NCBI GenBank assembly: GCA_963816145.1
Contig: CAWFJP010000017.1
Coordinates: 128,001 to 192,000 of the forward strand
DNA length: 64,000 bases
Reading direction: 5' to 3'
Source: an uncultured delta proteobacterium
GTDB taxonomy: Bacteria; Desulfobacterota; Binatia; UBA9968
Both the position numbers and the translations under genes were made by a program. Below, one piece after another: positions 29,867 through 39,044 of the stretch. The notes under the pieces were generated by a model. The model made no database searches, was not told the DNA's origin, and saw nothing but the letters and a program-made list of their open reading frames with translations. The stretch's first letter is position 1; each line of letters starts with the position of its first letter.

Positions 29867-30883
29867 TCATTGTCTATTGCACAGCTGCCTCGCTAATTCC
29901 GCCACCGACTCCGGCGTCGGCACAGTTTGATCTTCGAGCACGGGCGAGAACGGTACCGGCACGTCCATCGCGCCCATGCGTTTAACCGGCGCGTCGAGAT
30001 AGTAAAAAGCACCGTCGGCGATCACCGAAGCGATCTCCGCGGTGACGCCATAGCGCTCGTAGCCCTCGTCAATGACTATGGCTCGGCTGGTTTTCTTTGC
30101 CGAGTCGATGATTGTTTGTTTGTCGAGCGGCGCGGTGGTTCGGACATCGACCACTTCGGCGCTGATGTCGTTACTTACGAGTATTTCGGCCGCTGCGAGG
30201 GCAACCTGCACCATGCTACTGGTAGCGACCAGAGTGATGGCGCTGCCGGCGCGCTTCACGTCGGCGACGCCCAGCGGAATCGTATACTCCTCGTCTGGCA
30301 CCAGACCTTTGAGCTGATACATCATCTTGTCTTCGAAAAAAGCCACCGGGTTATCGTCGCGGATCGCCGACTTAAGCAATCCTTTGGCGTCGTATGGCGT
30401 TGATGGCACCACGACTTTCAGTCCGGGAATATGGCTCAGCCATGCGTGCAAGCTCTGGCTATGCTGCGCCGCCGAACGCCGCGCCGCCCCGAGAGTCGTG
30501 CGCAGGACCATGGGAACTTTGAGTTTGCCACCGGACATGTAATGAATCTTCGCCGCTTGGTTGACCATCTGGTCCATCGTCAGCGTGATGAAGTCACCGA
30601 ACATAATGTCGACCACGGGCCGCATGCCAGTCATCGCCGCGCCAACGCCGATACCGGTGATGCCCGCTTCGGAAATCGGCGAGTCGATCACCCGCGTCGT
30701 GCCGAACTCCTTTACCAGCCCGGAAAGAACTTTAAACGGCGTGCCTGCCTCGGCGACATCTTCGCCGATGATAAACACGGTCGGATCGCGGCGCATCTCT
30801 TCGGCGAGCGCTTCGTTGATCGCTTGGCCGAAGGTGATTTCGCGCGCACCAATCGTGGTACTCGTAGTGTTAGACGTAGACAT
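29867..30883 (-). CDS. TPP-dependent 2-oxoacid/acetoin dehydrogenase E1 beta
   Basis: GEDVA, RVIDSPISEAG, MFGDF, AAQHSQ, PYDAKGLL. Confidence 0.93.
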   Translation of the reverse strand: MSTSNTTSTTIGAREITFGQAINEALAEEMRRDPTVFIIGEDVAEAGTPFKVLSGLVKEFGTTRVIDSPISEAGITGIGVGAAMTGMRPVVDIMFGDFITLTMDQMVNQAAKIHYMSGGKLKVPMVLRTTLGAARRSAAQHSQSLHAWLSHIPGLKVVVPSTPYDAKGLLKSAIRDDNPVAFFEDKMMYQLKGLVPDEEYTIPLGVADVKRAGSAITLVATSSMVQVALAAAEILVSNDISAEVVDVRTTAPLDKQTIIDSAKKTSRAIVIDEGYERYGVTAEIASVIADGAFYYLDAPVKRMGAMDVPVPFSPVLEDQTVPTPESVAELARQLCNRQ

Positions 30884-31877
30884 GCTGATCCACTTCACTC
30901 GGTTCCGGGAATGGCGCATTGAGCGCGAAATTCACCGCGCCTTTGATTTCCGTGGCGACTTCGTTTTCGATGCGCTGGAATACCATGCCGTCCGCCAATT
31001 TACTCTTTTCGAGCCAAGCTGCGAGCAACTGCACCGGGTCGCGCGTCGATTTCCACTCGGCTTCTTCGGCTTTCGAGCGGTAGTAGGCACGGTCGATGTC
31101 GCCGACATGGTGGCCATGGAAGCGATAGGTGAGACATTCTAAAAAAGCCGGGCCGCCGCCGCGTCGTGCGCGCTCGACTAGTTTCTGCGCCGTGGCATGG
31201 AGCGCGCGCACGTCTTGGCCGTCCAACGACTCGACGTGAATACCGAAGGCTTTGGCTCGGCCGGTAACTTCGCCGGCAGTGGTTTCGCGATAGTGGGTGT
31301 ACTCGTTGTACTGATTGTTCTCGCAGACGTAGATGACCGGCAGTTTCCAAAGCGACGCCATGTTCATAGTTTCGTAAAGCAGCCCTTGACCGAGGGCGCC
31401 GTCGCCGAAAAAACAAGCTGCCACTTGATCGCTGCCGCGCATCCTGATCGACATCGCCGCACCAGTAGCGATGCCGGCGCTGCCGCCAACGATGGCGTTA
31501 GCGCCCAAATTGCCGGTGTCCTGGTCGGCAATATGCATGGAGCCGCCTTTGCCGCGGCAGTAGCCGGCTTCCTTACCGAGCAGCTCGGCGAACATTCGGT
31601 CGACGGATGCGCCCTTGGCAATACAATGGCCATGGCCGCGGTGTGTACTGGTGATGTAATCGTCTTGGCGCAACGCCTCACAGACACCGACCGCGACCGC
31701 TTCTTCGCCGATATAAAGATGCGCCAGTCCAGGCATTTTGGCGCCGAGATAAAGTTGATTGACCTCTTCTTCGAACAGCCGGATCTTCAGCATCTGCCGG
31801 TAGAAATGGAGCCAGCGCTCGTCGTGAGCGAGAACGCTCTTGGCCGCTTTCGTTTTGGTCTTCTTGGGTTGGGCCAT
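30870..31877 (-). CDS. TPP-dependent 2-oxoacid/acetoin dehydrogenase E1 alpha
   Basis: HLYIGEEA, THRGHGH, GKGGSMH, TPP motif FGDGA...ENNQY, TYRFHGH. Confidence 0.93.
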   Translation of the reverse strand: MAQPKKTKTKAAKSVLAHDERWLHFYRQMLKIRLFEEEVNQLYLGAKMPGLAHLYIGEEAVAVGVCEALRQDDYITSTHRGHGHCIAKGASVDRMFAELLGKEAGYCRGKGGSMHIADQDTGNLGANAIVGGSAGIATGAAMSIRMRGSDQVAACFFGDGALGQGLLYETMNMASLWKLPVIYVCENNQYNEYTHYRETTAGEVTGRAKAFGIHVESLDGQDVRALHATAQKLVERARRGGGPAFLECLTYRFHGHHVGDIDRAYYRSKAEEAEWKSTRDPVQLLAAWLEKSKLADGMVFQRIENEVATEIKGAVNFALNAPFPEPSEVDQHVYV

Positions 31878-31932
31878 TAGAGTTTCACCGTGACAAACTG
31901 GGGTCATGGAGTGTCGGGTTTTCCTGAACCCA

Positions 31933-32826
31933 TCACTGCATCACTCCAGTTTTTACTCCTGCCATTCTAGCCAATACCTCGAAGACGATGGCGAAGTCTT
32001 TGTCCGCCAATCTCATGCCGCGGGCGGCGGTGAGAAATTCGTTGGTAACTGCCGTTGTCGGCAGCGGCACGTCGAGTTGACGGCCCATTTCCAATGCGAG
32101 GAGCAAATCTTTTTGCATCATGTTGACGTCGAACAGCGCTTCCTCCGGCATGTTGAGCACGAACGGGCCACGATATTTCACCATCGGCGACGCGATCACG
32201 CTGTTGAACAAAACTTCGGCGGCGGTCGCGCGGGCGATGCCGCTCTTTTCGGCGAGCAGTAAGCCTTCGCTGAACGCCAGCATCTGCACCGCCAGACTCA
32301 AATTGGTGGCGACTTTCATCGCCGCCGCTAAGCCATGACCGCCGACGTAGATCGCCCTAGGTCCGATCACTTGAAGATAAGGCAGGACTTTTTCAAAGAC
32401 TTCCGGTTTGCCGCCGACCATGAACGAGAGCTTTCCTTCTTCCAAAGTAATCGAACTGCCGGACACCGGCGCATCGAGCATCTCGGCGCCGGTGGCTTCA
32501 ACTTGCTTGGCGATTTCGCGGATGGCGGCCGGGCTCACCGTGCTCATTTCGATGTAGATTTTTCCCGTGCTCAGTCCGGCCAAAATTCCCTCTTTGCCCT
32601 CGGTGACGGCGCGCAACGCGCTATTATTGGCGATCATGGAAAATACCGCTTCGGACGATTCTATTGCAGCGCGCGGACTGTCGGCCCACTTCATTCCGGC
32701 GTCGAGGAGCCACTGCGCCTTGGGCTTGGTCCGGTTGTAACCCGTGACGCTGTGGCCGGCATCGAGCAGCCGTTTCGCCATGCGGCTGCCCATTACTCCC
32801 AGACCGACAAAACCGAGATTCGCCAT
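31933..32826 (-). CDS. NAD(P)-dependent beta-hydroxyacid dehydrogenase (3-hydroxyisobutyrate/tartronate semialdehyde reductase family)
   Basis: GFVGLGVMG, DAPVSG, MVGG, catalytic K in MKVATN, KDL. Confidence 0.92.
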   Translation of the reverse strand: MANLGFVGLGVMGSRMAKRLLDAGHSVTGYNRTKPKAQWLLDAGMKWADSPRAAIESSEAVFSMIANNSALRAVTEGKEGILAGLSTGKIYIEMSTVSPAAIREIAKQVEATGAEMLDAPVSGSSITLEEGKLSFMVGGKPEVFEKVLPYLQVIGPRAIYVGGHGLAAAMKVATNLSLAVQMLAFSEGLLLAEKSGIARATAAEVLFNSVIASPMVKYRGPFVLNMPEEALFDVNMMQKDLLLALEMGRQLDVPLPTTAVTNEFLTAARGMRLADKDFAIVFEVLARMAGVKTGVMQ

Positions 32827-32884
32827 GGTAACTCCAAAAAAAACTAAATACCTTCGTCTCAGCGCTAGCGTGCGAACGGATCGA

Positions 32885-33898
32885 CTAACCTTCCGCCTTG
32901 ATATATTTGCCCATTTCACGCAGCGTCTCGGGCGTTTGATTGAGCAGCACGGTAAAATCTTTGAGCACCTGTTCGGGCGAGATGTAAGAAAAATCGATTT
33001 TGGCCTTTTTCGCTTCGGCCAAAAGTTCAGGGTCCTTGATCGCCTTGGCAAGCGCATCGCGCAGCAGAACGACGCGATCGCTCGGCGTATTGGGGTGAAC
33101 CGCAAAGGCACGGCCGATCGCTTGCGGAATCGATTTGATCGACATCAATGATTTACCTAAGGCGGACGTGGCCAAATCTTCATCCACCGGCAGATTCTCG
33201 TAACCCGCCAGCGCCACGCGGCCGCGCACGAGCGGGCGCACCGCGCCGCGGTCAGCGGCGAGTTTGATCGTCGTCGCCAGCGCCGACCAGGAATCGACTT
33301 CCTTGCGTTCGATGGCCAAGAGTACATCGCTGTTGGCCGGATAACCCGGCACGAGTTTCAATTTGGCGCCGGCGAATTCTTTTAACAGCAACGGAAAGTC
33401 ATGCGCGTTGGAACCGGGGCCCGTGGTGCCAGCGACCAACTCGCGGTCAGCTTTCTTGAGATCGTCAAATGTTTTGTACGGCAAGTCGGGGCGGATCGAT
33501 AACATTACACCGTCGGAGCCGGAAGAGCCGAGCCAAATAAACTTGCGCACGTCGAAGCGCGCTTGTTCAACCTTTGATAGCTGGGCGATGGCGACATTGG
33601 GGTTGGCAGCGAGAATCGTCAGGCCGTCGGGTTTGGCAACGTTGTAGACATTGTTGGTCGCCAGCAGATGGGCTGCACCGGGCATATGTTGCAAGATCAC
33701 TGCCGGCTTGCCGGGGAGGTATTTGCCCAGATGATGCGCGACGATCTGGGCGGCGATTTCGAGACTGCCACTCTTGGCGCCGATCAGCATGTTGATCGTT
33801 TTACCTTCGTAAAAATTTGCTTGTGCCCAAACTGGTCCCGTCGAAAAAGTCACCCAGGTTAGCAATGCAACCCATCGGAATGCGCATGTCTTTTGCAC
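32885..33898 (-). CDS. TctC/Bug family binding protein
   Basis: Signal peptide, NFYEGKTI, LGKYLPGKP, MPGA, KPDGLT, LAIERKEVD. Confidence 0.85.
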   Translation of the reverse strand: MQKTCAFRWVALLTWVTFSTGPVWAQANFYEGKTINMLIGAKSGSLEIAAQIVAHHLGKYLPGKPAVILQHMPGAAHLLATNNVYNVAKPDGLTILAANPNVAIAQLSKVEQARFDVRKFIWLGSSGSDGVMLSIRPDLPYKTFDDLKKADRELVAGTTGPGSNAHDFPLLLKEFAGAKLKLVPGYPANSDVLLAIERKEVDSWSALATTIKLAADRGAVRPLVRGRVALAGYENLPVDEDLATSALGKSLMSIKSIPQAIGRAFAVHPNTPSDRVVLLRDALAKAIKDPELLAEAKKAKIDFSYISPEQVLKDFTVLLNQTPETLREMGKYIKAEG

Positions 33899-34123
33899 AA
33901 AAACCTCCTTGTTAAAGGTAGAAATTTGCTGACGCCACCGGCAACGTTATTAAGTCGACTCTATCCATCTTACTTTCGCAGACGTGAGCGCAAGGTTATT
34001 TGATTCGATCGATATCCGTCAAGAGACGTTGACGAATCCTCGAGCGATTCATTGACCCGGTGCGGTGGCAACCAGCCGCCGGGAATTACCTGCTTCACAA
34101 GCGAACCGTGATTCTCCCACTCC

Positions 34124-34600
34124 TCATAGCCCGAGCCAAGCTTGGATAACGCCGTCTTCGAATTGGATGTGGACCAACCACTGAAATAATCCATAGAAGC
34201 AACCCCAGGTGATCACCGTCGCCACAACGGTTCCTAGCCAACCGACGTCGCTCTGGAATTTGAGATAGCTGAAAATGAATAAGGGAACTGTCAGCGGAAA
34301 GCCGATCAGAAAAACTGAGAGAATGAAGCCGATAATCCAGGCGAAAGTGCCGATCACGCGGCGCCGTTCAATCTCGGGCGGCACGTCACTTGAAAACTCC
34401 ACATCGACCGCCGCCCCGCTGTCAACTTCTGTTTTGCCGAAAATGATCTGGACCAGCTGGATCGTTAGGAGGGCGAGCAGCGGAATGCTGACCGCGAGTG
34501 GAAAGAGCGCGGTCTTAAAGCTCCAGCCGGAAGCCTGATAAATCGCATAGCCGGCGACGAAGAGTAAAAAGACACAGTAGAGTATGCGGCCGTTACGCAT
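34124..34600 (-). CDS. tctB: TctB family membrane protein
   Basis: LFP motif, 4 TM segments, overlaps tctA stop. Confidence 0.8.
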   Translation of the reverse strand: MRNGRILYCVFLLFVAGYAIYQASGWSFKTALFPLAVSIPLLALLTIQLVQIIFGKTEVDSGAAVDVEFSSDVPPEIERRRVIGTFAWIIGFILSVFLIGFPLTVPLFIFSYLKFQSDVGWLGTVVATVITWGCFYGLFQWLVHIQFEDGVIQAWLGL

Positions 34601-36104
34601 CGTCCGAACTCCCATCGCGCCAGCGCCGTTTCTGCATATATGGATAGACAATCACGAACGCCATGACAGCGATCAGGAAGATTACCGTCGGGTGCGTGAG
34701 CCAGCTGAAGCCGTAACGGGTCATGGAAATAAACAAATAGGTTTCGATCACTTTGCCCAAGACAAAGCCCAAGACAAACGGCGGCCGGGGCCAGCCGAAT
34801 AGCACCATGAAGTAGCTGATCGCGCCAAAAATCGCAGTGACGACCAGGTCGGCGATCTGGTTGTTGGCGGTATAGCTGCCGACGAAAACCAACAAAAGAA
34901 TGAAGGGAATGATCAAGCTGCCGCGCACGTAGGTAACTTTGGCAATTTGATCGAGAATCGTCAGGCACAACAGCACGGTAACGATGTTGGCGATTGCCAA
35001 GGTCCAGACCATCGAGAAGGTGATTGCCAGATGTTTGGTCAACATATCCGGCCCCGGCGTGAGTCCCATGATCAAAAAGCCGCTGAGTAGGATCGCCATG
35101 GCGCCGCTACCAGGGACACCGAAGGCCACCGTCGGGATCAGCTCGCCGCCTTCTTTCGAATTGTTCGCAGCCCCTGGTCCTAATACGCCCCGCACGTCGC
35201 CTTTGCCGAAACGCTCGCGATCTTTGGCATCCTTGGCGCTCTGCACCGCGTGAGCATAAGCCATCCATTGAGCGACGCCGCCGCCGGCGCCGGGCAGAAT
35301 TCCGACGAATACGCCAATAACCGAACAGCGGAAGACCAACCAAAAATGGCGAAAGGTGTCTTTGATCCCGTCCATCACGCCGCTGCTCAATTTTTCCTGG
35401 GGTTGATCACCGGCGATGGCGGTGCCGCGCACCGCAAGATCGATGATTTCCGGAATCGCAAAGACACCGACCAAAACCGGTACGAAATCGAGCCCCTCCC
35501 AGAGGTACATCATGCCCATGTCGAATCGGAGCGTACCGGATTGGCGCTCCTGACCGATGGTTGAAACCAGTAGGCCGAAAAGACCCATAGCAAAGCCTTT
35601 GATCTGCCCGCGCGCCCCTTCACCGCTCAGCGAAGTGATGCACGAGATGCCGATCACCGATAACATGAAGAGTTCCGGTGAACCGAAGGCGAGCACCAAC
35701 GGGCGGACAATCGGGATCGCCAGCGCGAGCGCCACCGCGCCGATGAGTGCGCCAAGCAGAGAACTCATCAACGCCGCGCCGAGGGCGCGTCCGGCTTCAC
35801 CCTTTTTCGCCATCGGATAGCCATCGACGACGGTCGCGGCGGAAATCGCCTCGCCGGGCACGCCGAAGAGAACCGAAGTGATATCACCGGTAGTCGCCGC
35901 CACCGAATGCATGCCGAGCAAAAAGGCGAACGCCTCGGCAGGCTGCATTTTGAAAACAAAGGGGATCATCAAGGCGAGGGTCGCCGCGCCGCCGATACCC
36001 GGCAGCAGACCGACGCAGAAGCCAAGCCCCATGCCGACCAGCATCAAGCTGAAAGCTTTCCACTGAAGAACTAGGAAAAGTCCGTCGATGAATGCGTCGA
36101 GCAT
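34593..36104 (-). CDS. tctA: Tripartite tricarboxylate transporter permease TctA
   Basis: GLLPGIGG, VDGYPMAKKG, GAANNSKEGG, PTVAFGVPG, PFVLGFVLG. Confidence 0.93.
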   Translation of the reverse strand: MLDAFIDGLFLVLQWKAFSLMLVGMGLGFCVGLLPGIGGAATLALMIPFVFKMQPAEAFAFLLGMHSVAATTGDITSVLFGVPGEAISAATVVDGYPMAKKGEAGRALGAALMSSLLGALIGAVALALAIPIVRPLVLAFGSPELFMLSVIGISCITSLSGEGARGQIKGFAMGLFGLLVSTIGQERQSGTLRFDMGMMYLWEGLDFVPVLVGVFAIPEIIDLAVRGTAIAGDQPQEKLSSGVMDGIKDTFRHFWLVFRCSVIGVFVGILPGAGGGVAQWMAYAHAVQSAKDAKDRERFGKGDVRGVLGPGAANNSKEGGELIPTVAFGVPGSGAMAILLSGFLIMGLTPGPDMLTKHLAITFSMVWTLAIANIVTVLLCLTILDQIAKVTYVRGSLIIPFILLLVFVGSYTANNQIADLVVTAIFGAISYFMVLFGWPRPPFVLGFVLGKVIETYLFISMTRYGFSWLTHPTVIFLIAVMAFVIVYPYMQKRRWRDGSSDDA

Positions 36105-36397
36105 TGCCTGGCTGCCTCTACCGCTCCAACTTATGCCGGTTGCGAAACTGAAAACGTAATCGGCAAACGAATCCCCGCGCGACTATATGGGACCGTCGAT
36201 TTTAGTGTCAAGCAGAGAATCTTAATACGACCGACAAACTAAAAAATAACGCTCTAGCGGCAGTTCTTTGCAGGGCCGAGAGTTAGAAGCCGCGCTGTCG
36301 GTGCCACGGTTTTGGCGCGCTTATTCACTGAGCAACTCTTGAGGTCACTAAAATGATGCGAAGATTTTGCTGAGAAGTTTTCGCTTCGAAGACTTAT

Positions 36398-38860
36398 CTA
36401 GTTCGGTAGGCTGTGACTTACGACGTCCGTAGGCGAATTGGCGAGATTGGTCAGTAAAGTCATGATGGCATCGTAATTGACCGGCTTGGTGAGATGGGCG
36501 TCGAATCCGGCCTCTTGAGTGCGCCGCCGGTCCTGTTGCTGCCCCCAACCGGTGAGCGCGATGAGAATCATGTGTTTGCCCCAGGGCTGCTGGCGGATCC
36601 TTTTCGCCGCTTGATAGCCGTCCAGTCTCGGCATGGCAATGTCCATCAGTACCACGTCCGGCAAAAATTCCGCGGCAGCTTCCACCGCCGCGACTCCGTC
36701 CTCGGCAATCTGCACTTCGTGACCATCTTTTTCCAGCAAGCGCGCCAGCGTCTCTGCGGACTGGGGAAAATCGTCCGCCACCAAGATGCGCCGAGTCCGC
36801 ACCGGCAGGAGACTGTCATCCACTAAATCCTGCGCCAGGCTCTCGAACTCCGAACCATGGGCGGTCACCGGCAACTGCACCGTGAACTCGCTGCCGCGGT
36901 TCATGCCGTCGCTGCGGACCTCCACTTTGCCACCATGCAGTTCGACCAACCGGTGCACCAGCGTCAGCCCCAAGCCCAGACCGCCTTCGCTACGGGTATA
37001 GGACCGATCCACTTGGTAGAAAAGCTCGAATACATGCGGCAAGCTCTCCGCCGCGATGCCGACTCCGGTGTCTTTGACTCGAATCACCACGGTATCGCCT
37101 GCCTGCTCGACATTGAGCCAAATATGACCGGGCTCCGGAGTGTACTTGGCAGCGTTGTTTAAAAGATTCATGAAGACTTGGGTGAGCCGAAGCCGATCGG
37201 CGTCAACGTAAATCGAGTCCTGTGACATAGTCACGGTCAGTTCATGCTGCCGCTGGTCGATCAGCGGCCGGCTCGATTCCACCGCCGCTTTGATGATCTC
37301 GGACAGGTCGAGCGTTTCCTTCTGCAAAACCAACTTTTCTCGAGTAATGCGGCTGACATCGAAGAGATCGTCGGTCAAGCGCGTAAGATACTTGACTTGC
37401 CGATCGATGATGTCCTGACCCCAGTGGGGGTCGGGTAACGGGTTATTTGGGTTCTGCTGCAGAGTTACGACGTTGCGAACCAGGGACAAGGGATTGCGCA
37501 GCTCATGGGCGAGGGTGGCCAAGAACTCATCTTTGCGCCGGTCGGCTTCGCGCAACGCCTCGCCGCTGGCTTGCAGGGCCTCATCCAGTCTCAGCTTTTC
37601 CACCGCCAGCCAAGTCCGTTCGGCGACCATGTTAATCAGCGAGACTTCACGCTCGCTCCACTCACGCGGCTCTGTGATCGCCATGGCCAAGGCGGAGACC
37701 GGCGTACCGTCGCGTAACAAGGGCGCCGCGATAAAAGCACGAATGCCGACCCGCTGGTACGAGTTGATATGCACAAGGGTTCGCTCGTCGCGGGCGACAT
37801 CCGAGATCGTGATGGTTTGACCGGCGCGGCCGACGTCGATCAAAAACATTCCGAACGATTCCAGTGGATAGCTACCAACCAACGATGCGACATGCGGGTG
37901 ATAATCACGCTGAACGATGAACTGATTTCGTTCCGTATCGATCTCGAGAAAGGCGCAGCGGTTGACCTTGGCATGCTCGCCCAAGGCCACGGCGACAGCC
38001 CAGGTGAGTTCTTCGGCATTGGCCGCGAAGCGAATGCATTCAGCGAGGTCTAACAGAAAAAGCGTATCGGCCTCGGCCTGTTTGCGCGCCGTAATATCGC
38101 GCACCGCGACATTAACTCCAAGTAATTCGCCGCTCGGGTTGTGCACCGGAAAATAACTCGCCAACCAATAACGGCCTTCATCGGGCCGCGCTGCAGTGGC
38201 GCCTTTGATTTCGACATCCAAGATCGGCTTACCGCTTTCGATGACGCGCCGGTAATGTACTTCAACGGTATCGGCCAGCTCTGGAATAGTATCCCGAACC
38301 GTCTTACCGATGTAATACTCCGGCGCCCGGCCGTTCATCTCGGCCAAAGCTGCGTTCATCGACAGATAGCGCAGGTTGAGATCGACAAAACATAAACCTA
38401 CCGGCGCCGAGGTATAGATGGTATTGAGCAGCGCGAGCCGTTCGTTGGCGATACGTTCGCTATCGCGCCGGTCTTGTTCGACAGTCCGGTGCCGAAGTCC
38501 TAACGTCGTCACACTCCAGATCATCAATAGGGCGAACCCTTGATTCGCCAATCCGGCCCATGCCGGTAAGCCTGAATCGGAGCGGCTGAGAAAAATATCC
38601 GCCACGAGCATCACCGTACAGGCAACCGCCACGGCAATCTTTTCCCGCTTTCCGGGTAGCGCTACGGCTAACACTAAAGCCGCCGCGTAGCAGATCGGAA
38701 TCGCTAAATGCGCCGGAATCCACAGGTCAATAAGAAAGAAAAATCCGACCAACAGAACCGCCAGAACGCAAAAGAATCGCGAACCAAAACCGAAGTTCAC
38801 CTCTGGAGATGAGGGGCTGTTAGCCAAACTGGGGAGAGGATCGGATTGCTTGATGTTCAT
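36398..38860 (-). CDS. Membrane-bound hybrid histidine kinase (TM-PAS-GAF-HisKA-HATPase-REC)
   Basis: FLATLAHELRNPL, NLLNNAAKYT, DTGVGI, GGLGLGL, REC VADD..DIAMP..KP. Start uncertain. Confidence 0.93.
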   Translation of the reverse strand: MNIKQSDPLPSLANSPSSPEVNFGFGSRFFCVLAVLLVGFFFLIDLWIPAHLAIPICYAAALVLAVALPGKREKIAVAVACTVMLVADIFLSRSDSGLPAWAGLANQGFALLMIWSVTTLGLRHRTVEQDRRDSERIANERLALLNTIYTSAPVGLCFVDLNLRYLSMNAALAEMNGRAPEYYIGKTVRDTIPELADTVEVHYRRVIESGKPILDVEIKGATAARPDEGRYWLASYFPVHNPSGELLGVNVAVRDITARKQAEADTLFLLDLAECIRFAANAEELTWAVAVALGEHAKVNRCAFLEIDTERNQFIVQRDYHPHVASLVGSYPLESFGMFLIDVGRAGQTITISDVARDERTLVHINSYQRVGIRAFIAAPLLRDGTPVSALAMAITEPREWSEREVSLINMVAERTWLAVEKLRLDEALQASGEALREADRRKDEFLATLAHELRNPLSLVRNVVTLQQNPNNPLPDPHWGQDIIDRQVKYLTRLTDDLFDVSRITREKLVLQKETLDLSEIIKAAVESSRPLIDQRQHELTVTMSQDSIYVDADRLRLTQVFMNLLNNAAKYTPEPGHIWLNVEQAGDTVVIRVKDTGVGIAAESLPHVFELFYQVDRSYTRSEGGLGLGLTLVHRLVELHGGKVEVRSDGMNRGSEFTVQLPVTAHGSEFESLAQDLVDDSLLPVRTRRILVADDFPQSAETLARLLEKDGHEVQIAEDGVAAVEAAAEFLPDVVLMDIAMPRLDGYQAAKRIRQQPWGKHMILIALTGWGQQQDRRRTQEAGFDAHLTKPVNYDAIMTLLTNLANSPTDVVSHSLPN

Positions 38861-39044
38861 GAGCGCTGTGCAGGCCGTAAATCTACGACAATAAGGCCAT
38901 AGTGTACCAGACCCACTCCAGGTCAAACAAGGATTTTCCGCCACCATTGACGGGTGCCTCATGTATGAACACGCGCTGGAACGCTTGACAACCTCGGTGG
39001 CCCAGACAATAGATGACGGAAGCACCAAGGACAGGGAGAAATCG

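Noticed and set aside
28960-29985. 341-aa plus-strand ORF
   Set aside because: Antisense shadow of the M24 gene with no recognisable motifs
32827-33111. N-terminal extension of the hydroxyacid dehydrogenase
   Set aside because: Overlaps tctC; the Rossmann motif begins right after ATG 32826, which has a GGAG RBS
33970-34194. 74-aa ORF between tctB and tctC
   Set aside because: Overlaps tctB in another frame, no RBS or motif
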